64,000 nucleotides of DNA from Macrostomum lignano (lineage: Eukaryota): the NCBI GenBank assembly GCA_002269645.1, contig NIVC01001403.1:1-64000 (forward strand). The letters run 5' to 3'. A program made the position numbers and the translations under genes. The notes beneath the pieces are model-generated. The model did not search any database and had not been told where the DNA came from. It saw only the letters and a list, made by a program, of their open reading frames with translations. Below are positions 1-11,073 of this stretch, one piece after another. Within the stretch, counting starts at the first letter, position 1. Each line of letters begins with the position of its first letter.

Positions 1-3000
1 CGGTTTACCTACCAGGCGATGCTGCGGTCGTCCCCAGAGCCCTCGCTACGCTGGTAGAGCTCTGCTCTGCCAAAACTACGAGCTCTGGTTGCCGGCGACA
101 TCAACGCCCACCACACTCACTGGGGCAGCACTGGCATTAATCAGAGAGGCGAAGACCTCCTAGCCTACGTTGCCTCTACGACCCTCGAGTTCTGCAACTC
201 TGGGTCCACCCCTACCTTTGACAACGGACGGTGGTCGGAGGTGATCGACGCTACGCTCGCAACGCCCAGACTCTACCAGAGTATTGGGCATGGCGGGTGC
301 TTCCAGTGTCCTCACTATCGGATCACAAGTTCATCTCCTTCAACCTAATGGCCCCGCGTAGCGCAACTCGTGTTATGTGGAGACGGAACGCCAGAAATAC
401 GGATTGGGAAACCTTCGGGCTCGCCCTGAAGGAATTCCATCGGTCTCCTGGCCAACCATCCACGATCACGTCGTGCCGAGAGGCGGATGAGTGCGCGACT
501 GTTTTGACAGAGACGCTAACGCCGCCTTTGAGGCGTCCTGCCCTTTAAAAGCCTATAAAGGGAAAAAATCGGCGCCGTGGTGGAATCCGAGCTTGGCAAC
601 CTCCGTCGCAGGGCTAAGAGACTCCACCGCAGAGCAACTAAAACTAAGAGCCCTGCAGACCAAACCACCTATCATGAAGCAATTCATGAGTTTAAAAGGC
701 AGGTTAGGAATGCAAAGGCTCAAAAATGGCGACAATACTGTGAGGAGCTAGAGGGCTCACGGCCCACCTCCAGAGTTGTGAAAGCGCTCACGCTGGACAA
801 AATGTCTAAGCTCTCCTCGGTCAAACGCACCGACGGTACGTCCACGGACAACCCAGGGGAAACGCTTGATGTAATGCTCACTGCGTTTTTCCCTAACGAG
901 CCAGCTAACCAGACCACTCCGGATCACTCGGAGGGAGGTCACGCGCTGGCTGCATCTATCATCACGGAGGACCGCATTGTGAGAGCGGCAAATTCCTTCA
1001 AGCCTTTCAAAGCCTCAGGACCCGACGGCATTGTACCGGCCCTTCTAAGAGAGGCGGTTAAATGCCCAGGCTTCCTGCGCAAACTTTGCAGCCTTCTTCG
1101 GGCATGCATCACGCTTGGTTATGTCCCGCAGGCATGGACCGAGGCAAAGGTGATCTTTATCCCTAAGCCAGGCCGCCCGGACTACCATTCTATCAAATCC
1201 TTCAGACCGATCAGCTTGACCTCCTCCCTGGTCAAGCTGATGGAGAGACTGGTGCTTTGGCGCCTTCTCTCTGTTGAGCTGAAGAACAAACCTCTCAGCA
1301 AGAACCAGCATGCTTTTCGGGCGGGTCGCTCCACTGAAAGCGCGCTGCACGTCCTGGTTGATAAACTCGAGAAGGCCGTGCTTGGTAGTGGCTTTGCTCT
1401 GGGGATCTTCCTGGACATCATTGGCGCCTTTGATAACGTCCTCTTTGAGGCGTTCCGAAGAGCTCTTTGTGAGAGGCTAACGCACTCACATCTCACCAGA
1501 TGGATCATGTACATGATCAGCCATCGCACGGCCACCGCCAGTCTGCTGGGCTACCAGAGGACGGTCCCCGTCTGCAAAGGTAGCCCGCAAGGTGGGGTGC
1601 TGTCTCCAGTTCTCTGGAATATGGTCATCGATGAGCTCCTCCGGGATGTTCGGCCTGACCCCATTCTGAAAGTTGGATATGCGGACGATGTCACCGCGGT
1701 GGCATCTGGTCCGTCCCCTGATACCCTCAGGGACCTTCTTCAGAACTTCATCTACGCTGCTGAGCAATGGGCGGACTGCTGTGGTTTAAGGCTCTCTGAG
1801 ACTAAGACCGCAGCGATCATGTTCACCAGCAGGACCAAGTGGCAGATTCGGCCGCTCACGCTTTACGGAAGGGAAATCCCCTTCTGCAAGCAGACTAAAT
1901 GTCTGGGTATTACCCTGGACCACAGGCTGAACTGGTCTCCCCACGTTCAAACAAAAGCCAAAAAGGCCTTCGCAGTCCTCGCGCAATTGCGCAGGGCTGT
2001 CGGCACCACCTGGGGGCTCACCCCCAAGCGCCTCTGGTGGATCTACACTGCAATGGTTAGGCCCGCTATCTCGTATGGCAGCCTGATCTGGGCTAGCGCC
2101 CTGCAGATAAAGACCTGTCTAGAGGCTCTCAGGAGAGCGCAAGGGCGCGCTTGTCGCACGATCATGAGCGCCCCTCCGTCTGCTCCCTACGATGGCCTCA
2201 ACGCCTTCCTCAACATTCCTCCGCTGGACATCTTTGTCCGCAGGGAAGCGGCTAAGACTGCCCGCCGTCTAGCTGATGCTGGCATTCGAATCCAGCCCCA
2301 TAGGGCCATGGCTAAGCGCAAGCTTCTGCCCCACGCTGACCTCTGCCTCAAGGACTTGAGAGACAGCGGCGGGCTCCACGTCCTATCTGACGGCGAACCC
2401 CGCACTCTCAACACCTCTTTCAGCGCTACAAGGTCACCATCCCCTCTAGGGATGCTGCCAATGACCACTGGAATTTCCAGGAGGTCCATTGCTACACGGA
2501 CGGATCCATCAAAGACGGTCGCGCCGGCTTTGGGGTCTGCATCATCATCAACGGCCGCGTAATTGCCACGCATGCCCAGCACACTGGTAGATTCTCCACA
2601 GTCTTCCAGAACGAAGTCCTTGCCATCAGCTCTTGCGCTGCAGAGCTGAACGCCAAGGTTACAAGAGGAAAGACTATTGTCATCCACTCCGACAGCCAAG
2701 CGGCCTTACAGGCCCTTTGCCACACCACAACGAACTCCCGGACAGTCGCCGACTGCGCCCGGCAGCTCAACCTCCTGGCCAGAAGCAATACTGTCAGGCT
2801 GAAGTGGATCCCAGGGCACGCAGGGTTTCCGGGGAACGAGCTGGCAGACACCCTCGCCAAGAGGGGCGGCTCTGGCTCTTTTTTGGCCCTGCCCCCCTGG
2901 TCCCTATGCCCTTGACAGTCATCAATCGTCAGATCGACGACTAGGCTGACTCCCTCCACAGGGACAGATGGGCGGGCACCCAAAACTGCCGGCAATCTTG

Positions 3001-3479
3001 TGCCGCGGTTCCTTGCCCGTCTCACAGGCTCAGAAACATCCTTCTGAACCAGAATCGGAAGGATATTCGAGCCCTTGTCATGACCCTTACCGGCCATGGC
3101 TACCTCGCCAGGCACTGCTTCCTCCGAGGCGACCTCGAGAGCGAAATTTGCCCCTTTTGCGAGTGCGACAATGAAGATGCTCAGCACTTTGTCTGTCACT
3201 GCCCCTTCTTTAACAGAGACCGGCTACGCTACCTCGGGCTGAACCCATCCATTGATGAGGTTTGCCAGCCCGACAGCATCCCACGGCTCATCCAGTTCCT
3301 TCGGGCGACTAGACGAGCCAGTTTTTTCCCAACGGAAGATCACGCTGCAGGACGGACCGGCGGACCACCCTGACCGGCCCCACGCCTCTGCCTGTCTGCG
3401 GGCCTTCAGGGGCTAGCGGAATGGGCGACCCTCGCCTCCCCGCTGTGTCTACGGACCACCCTGCAGCTAAGTCAAGTCA
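1..3479 (+). mobile_element. Non-LTR retrotransposon, LOA/R1-like clade (APE endonuclease, RT, RNase H, CCHC knuckle); 5' end outside window; several frameshifts
   Basis: GDINAHH..WGS / VIDATL endonuclease motifs at about 90-260. RT with GSPQGGVLSP and YADD (about 1678). RNase H CYTDGS..EVLAI..SDSQAA..WIPGHAG..GNELAD at about 2490-2865 in a shifted frame. [18 protein letters not shown] at about 3150. 3' tail ctgcagctaagtcaagtcag. Confidence 0.93.
577..2562 (+). CDS. Reverse transcriptase ORF segment of the LOA-like LINE (frameshifted out of the RNase H frame near 2420)
   Basis: 661-aa ORF with KASGPDGI, FRPISLTS, QHAFRAGRST, LDIIGAFDNV, PQGGVLSP, YADD and LGITLDHRLNW motifs. Confidence 0.9.
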   Translation: MVESELGNLRRRAKRLHRRATKTKSPADQTTYHEAIHEFKRQVRNAKAQKWRQYCEELEGSRPTSRVVKALTLDKMSKLSSVKRTDGTSTDNPGETLDVMLTAFFPNEPANQTTPDHSEGGHALAASIITEDRIVRAANSFKPFKASGPDGIVPALLREAVKCPGFLRKLCSLLRACITLGYVPQAWTEAKVIFIPKPGRPDYHSIKSFRPISLTSSLVKLMERLVLWRLLSVELKNKPLSKNQHAFRAGRSTESALHVLVDKLEKAVLGSGFALGIFLDIIGAFDNVLFEAFRRALCERLTHSHLTRWIMYMISHRTATASLLGYQRTVPVCKGSPQGGVLSPVLWNMVIDELLRDVRPDPILKVGYADDVTAVASGPSPDTLRDLLQNFIYAAEQWADCCGLRLSETKTAAIMFTSRTKWQIRPLTLYGREIPFCKQTKCLGITLDHRLNWSPHVQTKAKKAFAVLAQLRRAVGTTWGLTPKRLWWIYTAMVRPAISYGSLIWASALQIKTCLEALRRAQGRACRTIMSAPPSAPYDGLNAFLNIPPLDIFVRREAAKTARRLADAGIRIQPHRAMAKRKLLPHADLCLKDLRDSGGLHVLSDGEPRTLNTSFSATRSPSPLGMLPMTTGISRRSIATRTDPSKTVAPALGSASSSTAA

Positions 3480-4471
3480 GACGGATCCTCCAAAGACGGC
3501 TTATCTGGCTTTGGAGTCTGTATCCTTATCAATGGCCACGTGATTGCTACTCAGGCCCAACACACTGGCAGACTCTCCAGCGTCTTCCAGAACAAAGTCC
3601 TTGCCATCAGCTCCTGTGCAGCTGAGCTCCACTGCAGGGACTTCAAGGACAGAAGAATCTTCTTCCACTCTGACAGCCAGGCCGCTTTACAGGCCCTGTG
3701 TCACACCACTACGAACTCCCGAACAGTCCGCGACTGTTTCGGGCAGCTCAACAAGCTGGCTTGGAGGAACACTGTCCGACTTACATGAATCCCAGGACAC
3801 GCCGGCTTCAAAGGCAACGAGCTTGCGGATTCCTTCACTAAGGTGGGCTATTCCAGCTTGCCCCTTGGCCCCGTGCCCTGGCCCCCATCCTAGCCACACT
3901 CATTAATTGTCAGATTAACAACTGGGCAGACATACTGCACTTGCGCAGATGGGATGGTATCTCTAACTGTCGCCAATCTTGTACGGCAGTGCCCAATCCG
4001 TCCCTCAAGCTGCGGAGAATCCTTTTGAACCAAAATTGAAAAGATATCCACGCTCTCACTATGGCCTTCACAGGTCACAGTTGCTTTGCCAGGCACTGTT
4101 TCCTCTGAAGTGCCCGCCAGAATGAACTCTGCCCTTTCTGCAACCTTGAGAATGAAGATGCCAAGCACTTTGTCTGCTACTGCCCGGCTTTCAACCAAGA
4201 CCGGCTCAACCACCTTGGGCCCAACTTGTCCCTGGACAACGTTTGTTGGCCCGAGAACATCCCACGGCTCATCTGGTTCCTACAGGCCACCAAGCGAGCC
4301 TCCGTCTTCCCCATAGAAGACAATGCTGCAGACAGGATCAGCAGACCTCCCTGACCGGCCCTGCACACTAGCCTATGCAGGTCTTTCAGGGATTAGCAGA
4401 ATGGGCAACGCTCGCCTCCCCACTGCGTCTTTGGACTGCCCTGCAGCTAAGTCAAGTAAGTCAAGTCAAGT
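3480..4471 (+). mobile_element. Second, 5'-truncated and decayed LOA-like LINE copy (RNase H, zinc knuckle, 3' UTR)
   Basis: Starts at DGS of RNase H (acggatcc). SDSQAALQALCHTTTNSRTV is identical to copy 1 at protein level. CPFCNLENEDAKHFVCYC knuckle. Same 3' UTR and aagtc tail. Stops and frameshifts present. Confidence 0.9.
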
Positions 4472-4504
4472 GTATAGGAGAATTGCAAGTGCAACTGCAT
4501 ACAT

Positions 4505-4659
4505 GCGCAACCTTGGAATCACTCGGCCGTTTCTATTGGCAGCACACACATGTAAGTCGCTATTGGCTGAGAGAAGTCACATGATTACTATTCTGTCCAA
4601 TAGCAACTTACATGTGTGTGTTGCCAATAGAAATGGCTGGGTGAATCCCTAGGTTGCGC
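4505..4659. repeat. Imperfect inverted repeat (about 62-bp arms, 30-bp spacer); MITE-like or hairpin
   Basis: 4505-4566 gcgcaaccttggaatc...gtaagtcgctattgg is the reverse complement of 4597-4659 ccaatagcaacttac...cctaggttgcgc, with a few mismatches. Confidence 0.85.
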
Positions 4660-4793
4660 CCAAGCATGTGCAACTGTATATTTGTCATTCTTATAGTCTC
4701 TCATTTACAATGTGATGAAGCTGTAAATAGATTTTTCTATACTTTAAGCAGTTACAAAAAATGACTACACTTAGCTAGCTATATGTATTATTT

Positions 4794-5095
4794 ATGGGTG
4801 AGTGGCTGGGTAAAAGTGAATTAAGTGGGTGAGTGGCTGGGTGAAAGTGAATTAAGCGGGTATGGCTGGGTGAAAGTGAATTAAGTAGGGGAGTGGCTAG
4901 GTGAAAGTGAATTAAGTGGGTGAGTAGCTAGGTAAAAGTGAATTAAGTGGGTGTGGCTAGGTGAAGGTGAATTAAGTGGGTAAGTGGCTAGGTAAAAGTG
5001 AATTAAGTGGGTGGGTGACTGGGTGAAAGTGAATTAAATGGGTGAGTGGCTGGGTAAAAGTGAATTAAGTGGGTGAGTGACTAGGTGATTAAGCA
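4794..5095. repeat. 31-bp minisatellite (gggtgagtggctgggtaaaagtgaattaagt), about 9-10 copies
   Basis: Periodicity read directly. Confidence 0.9.
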
Positions 5096-5917
5096 GCAAT
5101 CTTTGCATAGTACATAGCTAAACTTACTGGAATAAAGCTGCATAAAGGGTCTTATCACAGTGTAGAATATGCCATCTAGAAACCATGTTTCTGTGTTGGC
5201 CAGGATTTCAAGCTGCTTATCCGTGGTAAAAAGCAGATGGCACTTCTGTGTTCTGGCGACATGGAGATCTGACTTACATGTAAGAAAGTTGGATGGAAGA
5301 GCCGCATCTTGCAGTTCAAATTTGAGATTTCTTGGATGCTGGGGCTGACTTCCAGCTCAAAATCTATTTGTGTTTCTAGCTTGCTGCTTAACAGTTGGAG
5401 GATTTATTCCTAAATCATCGCACAGAGAGTGGGCAATCAGAGCACCTTCAGCTATTTCTGCAGCTGGCTTGAATTGGCATTGCTTTGTCTCCAAGAAATT
5501 TTGAATGAGAATAACTATTTGCCAATTTTATCTTCATGTGCTAGCATTGTGTTTTTGTAATATATGAAACCTATTTTTTGTATGTTGTTCATTATTGCCT
5601 TGAAATCATTCTTAGTCTTATTCATTAGTTGCCTTAATATATATTTTTGTTTGTTTTCAATATAAAATCACTATTTTTCTTATCACTATTTTAGACACTT
5701 TAAAAAGTAAGTATAAATGAATCAGTAACTCATTTTAGTACTGTATGTTTGCTATTATTCTTTTGTTTGATGTAACTTTGTTTAAAATAGTCTGCCATAT
5801 TTATTAGAACTCATATATATATATATATATAGGTAGAAAATATACGGTAAATAAATCATCTTCCAATCCTGCATCTTCCAATCCTCCAAGACTTCCCTAA
5901 TTAGCCTAGCTAGACCC

Positions 5918-8390
5918 ATGAAAGCTAAAGACCTGACCTATTGGCAAACCCAACCCCCCAGCTCCCAACCCCTTGCAAAAGTTAACCAGACCCAATATAC
6001 AGAAGATTCATGGATTAATGAAGTGAGCCTTGGCCCTGAATCATCAAATGAACAGTATAAAGCCATCATTGATCTTATGAAAGAAAACCATGAAGCTTTT
6101 TCCTAGAATAAACTTGACATGGGCCTGACACACTTAGTAACCCATAAAATCGCCATCAAAGACCCCACCCCCATTAGAATCCCAGCTAGACATATCTCCC
6201 CGCACTTGCAAAAGCAAGTTGATGCCCAATTAGACGATATGTTAGCTAAAAACCTAATTAGACCCTGTTATTCAACTTACTCTACCCCCTAGTAATTGTC
6301 CACAAGGAAGATGGTTCCATTAGAATAGTTAGCGATTTCCGCATGCTCAACTCAAGAGTTAAGTATTACTCCTACCCCCTCCCCAACATCCAAGAGACCT
6401 TCTCCCACTTAACTAGTAGCCAATACTTTAGCAGTTTAGATCTTAATTCAGGATACTGGCAAGTCCCCATCAAAGAAGAAGACAAGCATAGAACCGCCTT
6501 CTCTACCCTAACTAGAGGCCAATTTGAATATCAAGTAATGGCCCAAAGACTTTCCAATGCCCTCGGAACCTTCCAATGTCTAATGAATTTAGTCCTATTA
6601 GGAATTCAACACAAGTACACCATGTTCTATATAGACGATATAATAACCTATTCCCAATCCTTTGCCAAATATTTAGATCACTTAAGAGAAGTGTTCAAGC
6701 GACTAATTGCCACAGGTCTAAAGCTGATACCCAAAAAGTGCAATCTTTTTCATCGCAAGTTAAAATATTTAGGACACGCGATTGGCCAACAAGGCATTCA
6801 AACAGACAAGACGAAAATTGAAGCTATCCAAACTTGGCCCCATCTCAAAGACGTAAATGAATTATGCAGTTTTCTTGGCCTATGCAATTATTATTACCGA
6901 TTTGTGAAGAATTATGCTGAAGTGGCTAATGATCATCCCCTATTTCAATTGACTTGAAAAGGAGTCCAGAATTTTTAATCTAAATGGAGCAAAGTGCATG
7001 ATGAAGCCTTTGAAGCCTTAAAGCAGCGAATGATGTCTACCAAAGTGTTAGCCTACCCAAAATATGTCAAAGATGAAAATGTGAAGATGGTGCTCGACAC
7101 AGATGCCAGTGATGACAGGATTGGTGCATGTCTTGGCCAAATCCAAAGTGATGGCATAGAGCAACCAATAGCCTATTTTAGTAGAGCAATGAAGGAATCA
7201 GAGAAGCGATACCCTGGAAAGAATTATTAGCCCTTGTCGATGCTATGAGGCATTTCATATTTTATCTGATCGGCAAGAAATTCTTAGCCCAAACTGACCA
7301 CAAAGCAATTATTTGGCTCATGAGACAGATAGAAACAACTGGAATCTTAGGTAGATGGATAGAGCGCCTAAATTAATTCAGGTTCAACATTGAACACAGA
7401 AGTAGTGCAAAGCATTCCAATGCCAATGGATTGTTGCAACGACCAGCTGAGACAGCTGAAGCCCCTGAAGTATTCCCTAAAGCAGCACCTGAACTTGATA
7501 AAGCAACTCCTGAAGTTTCTGAAGTCCCTGAAGCAGCCCCTGAGCCTGCTGAAGCAATCTTTGAAGCCCCTGAAGCATCTGAATAATTTCTGAGAACCCT
7601 GAGCCAATCCTTGAGAAAATTGAGAAGTAACCCCTGTTCCCCTGAGAAGTAAAAAAGCTCTTGCTGAAACTAAGGACAGCCCCATGTCTTAGTCACCTGA
7701 AGCTCTGACAGAAAGTGAGACCCAGCCTGAATGTCCCCAATCTAGGCCAAAGCTAAATGTCTTATGTAGAGAAGTAGAAGAAAGAGAAGAAGAAGAGACA
7801 GGAAAGTGTGAAAAGTTGCTAACAGATTATCTTCCCAGCCCCCTGAAGAAAGAACAGATTCAAGAAGCCCAATCTGCTGACCCCATCATTAGAGCTCTAC
7901 TAGAAGCCAAGAATCAGAAACTGAGCCAATTTCCCAAAACACCAGATGTGCCAGAAAAGATAAGTAGAAATTTCGAAGCCATGAGAATTGACAATAATTT
8001 ACTGACCATATCTGAAGATGGAAAGAACAAAGTCATTTTGCCCCTATCCCTAGACAAAGCAGTCTTTTTGACCTACACTATAGCCCCCTCGCAGGATATC
8101 TAGGAAGAGATAAGACAATCCAAAGAATAAGAGACAGATTTTGGTGACCTGGACTGAGCACCTCAGTTGAGCAGTTAATTGCTGAGTGTATCCCTTGCCT
8201 TGAAAGTAAGAAAGGTCACTTTGTGCAAGCCCCTATTTAATCATTCCCCATTGGTGAAGCTTTCAACCATCTGCATATAGACATTATTGGCCCAATTTCT
8301 AAAGAAAGCAAGCGAGGTCACAAATACATTTTAACAGTTTCACATATGTTTTAACAGTTGTGGATAGCACTACTTGATACCCCTTCTCTT
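5918..8390 (+). mobile_element. Degenerate Ty3/Gypsy pol (RT, RNase H, integrase N-terminus and start of core); gag/protease and LTRs not recognised
   Basis: FSSLDLNSGYWQV, HRTAF, YIDDII, FLGLCNYY (RT). LDTDASDDRIGACL and TDHK (RNase H). H(Y)SPLAG(Y)LG..FW*PG..CIPC and HIDIIGP..HKYILTV (integrase). Many stops and frameshifts. Confidence 0.92.
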
Positions 8391-8882
8391 TTTTTTAGAA
8401 AGCAAAGCATTGAATGAGGAAATTCCTCAACCCCTACCTCCCTCTCCTGCCTGCTGGATCCCAAGCCCGCGCACACCCTCCCCTACAATCTAAGGTGCCC
8501 AACCCAAGCCAAACACAGATACAACTGTCATCTAAAGCGCTTAATAACAGCCCTCAGTCTGTTGCGCAACCTCCAATTTTAATCTTCCTACCCTTCTTTT
8601 GCCATCCCCAATTGCACAATAGACCCCAAATTTTACACAAAGAACTCCTCACGGGCAATGCCAATGTACAAGACCCCCTAGAAAAAATTGACCCAAAATG
8701 GAACTAGAGCCTAAAGAAGACGAAAAATAGAATGAGTCACAAAAATGAGGAATCTAAAAAAATCCAGGAACAAAGGGAATGATGAATAAACACTTCAACT
8801 GAGATTGCACAACTAAAAAACTTGCTCCCCACTGTTATCTGTCTCCCACAACAGCTATCTTGAATTCTTTGCATCATTCCCA

Positions 8883-9772
8883 ATGGCTAGTGAAGATGAG
8901 TTAAAAAGGCTGCAAGATAAGTTAAGCCTCAGTCCTAGTGAAGGAGAACTATTTGACAGTGATACTGAGAACAAGCTTCCAGTCCCTAAATGCCAACAGA
9001 CCCAGCCCAAACCCACCAGCACTAAGCCACAACCATTATCCGTAGTTGTGTGCCCTCCATCCTCATTGGTGTCTGGCAATCGAGTCCATCTAATGAAACA
9101 GCAGGCTGAAGCCCGGATCCCTGTCTCCCCTGCCATAGCTCAACGCCAACCCAAAGGCAGTAAACCCACTATTGCGCTTCCGCTAAGCGAAATTCCAAAA
9201 TCAAGCACTAATCATCACCTAGGACCACGCCAGTCCACACCTTTGGCTTTGCCATATTGCAACCCTGATTGCCAGCCAAGAGATCCCCCATCAGGCAACT
9301 GCTACCACCCCCTATGGCTACACTGCTGCAGCATCAAGCTATTGCAAGGTCAGAATCCCTGATGGCTGAAGTTCCGCCTTTGATGCATGGAGTGGCTAAA
9401 TCAAATTTGATCAAAGACATTAGGAGCAAATACAACAAGCTTATCTCGAAAATGACTGAGCCAAGTTGCAGCAAGTACCGCCACCTAGTTGCTAATCTGC
9501 AGCGCTATCTAGTGCACGTAGGGCACTTTCGCCTTGACAGCTATCCCTTCCCAGTGCGAGAAGACTTGCACGCCACTATTCAGGCCTTACAATGAATTTC
9601 AATTGCCCACACTGTTACAGCCTAGCAGCGCGTGGTTGCATACTCGCTGCTCGAGTTAAACCACAGATGGGCCAATCAGGCCAACGTTTGCACCGAGATG
9701 CAGTGGCTTGGTCTAGAGTGCAGCTGGCCAGCTGCTGACCGGCTCCCGACGGAGTTGGTCCGCTACCTGTGA
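8883..9772 (+). pseudogene. Unrecognised ORF A downstream of the Gypsy pol (P/S/Q-rich N-terminus plus globular C-terminal domain), disrupted
   Basis: ORFs 8883-9362 and 9269-9595 join by a frameshift. The frame continues past TGA and TAG to 9772. Shares YLxxxxHxRLD and ExxWLxxxxxWPxxxxLP with ORF B. Confidence 0.55.
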
Positions 9773-10156
9773 ATTGACTCTGAAGTTTAATTTTTCTTTT
9801 TCAAACTGTACTACTAGTATTATTGCATGATGAAAAATACTCACTTATAAATTGTATTCCTATTTTTCATTAAGGAAGGCCAGATGTGCCAGCATTGTTT
9901 TTTTATAGTATTATGAAACCTATTTTTTGTATGTTGTTATGTATTGTTCGAAACTTGTTCCACATAAAAATCCTAGCAATGCTTAGTAACAGTGCGAACC
10001 AATGAGCGAGCCCACTAAACCCCCTCTCGGGCAAACACGAAGATGCGGTCCAGTTTCTCAGATATGTAATCAAGCCCCCTGCAGCTCCATAGACCCATCA
10101 ATCACATCCCGCCTAGCTAAGAGCAATCATTCACAAGCAATTATCAAGTATAAGCC

Positions 10157-11073
10157 ATGGAAGATGACCATTTAGACAACTTTATTAAAGATTTGTTAGG
10201 ACTAGATGAAACCATGGAAAATCTAGAGCCAGCCGCAGATCAAGCCGCCAAGCAAGCTGCCGAGCAAGCAGCTCCGGCAGAGCAACCACCAGCAGCTTTG
10301 GCAGAGCGACAGTCAGCAGCCTTGGCAGGACAGCAGTCAGTCGCCAGGTCAACTCAGCAGTCAGCAGCCGTGGCTCTTGATCTCAGTGAGGCTCCACTAT
10401 GCAACCCGACTAGGCCACAAGCCGTGGCGGGAACCTCAAAGAGGCCGTTGTCAGATGAGCCACCAGGATAGGAGACAGTGCCGGTGAAACGGCCCAGGCA
10501 AAGGCCCCAGTGAAATTGATTGTCATCAAAATGTGCGCTGCCGAAGGATGGCACACAGTGCAACTGGCAGAACTGCCAGCAGGCCAACCACCGTGATGCC
10601 AAGCTTCACCGCAGCGACATCAGCCGTCAGCACCGAGTCAGCTACCTGCCCTGCAGCATCAGCCATCACTGCCACACTAGTCCACGCCACAGCCACAGCC
10701 GCCCCCGGCGCCGCAGCAGCCAACAAGGTCTCACCGAGATGTGGTGCAGCAGCTGATGGCCATGCATGGCACCCTGTTGGAAAGAGTGATGCACGGCATT
10801 CGCACGTACTTGATGCGTATTGCCCACCTAAGACTCGATCAAGTGCTGCCCCAGCGAGCATACATCTGGCCGGGACTTCAACAGCTGCGCACCCACTATC
10901 AGAGTGGCAAATTGTTCGCTATTCTGCAGTACGTGGCTGACCAAGTCTGAGGCAACATTGATGCCAGCTGAGAGCCTTTCCAGCGTCAACTGGTAAATAT
11001 TGAGCTGAGGTGGCTCTTCACACAGATAGGCTGGCCAGAATTCTGAAACCTTCCCAGAAACTGCAATTTCTAA
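10157..11073 (+). pseudogene. Unrecognised ORF B, paralogue of ORF A, disrupted
   Basis: A/Q/E/T-rich N-terminus (10157-10740, frameshifted). C-terminal frame 10741-11073 reads YLMRIAHLRLD...ELRWLFTQIGWPEF*NLP through three TGA stops. Confidence 0.55.
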
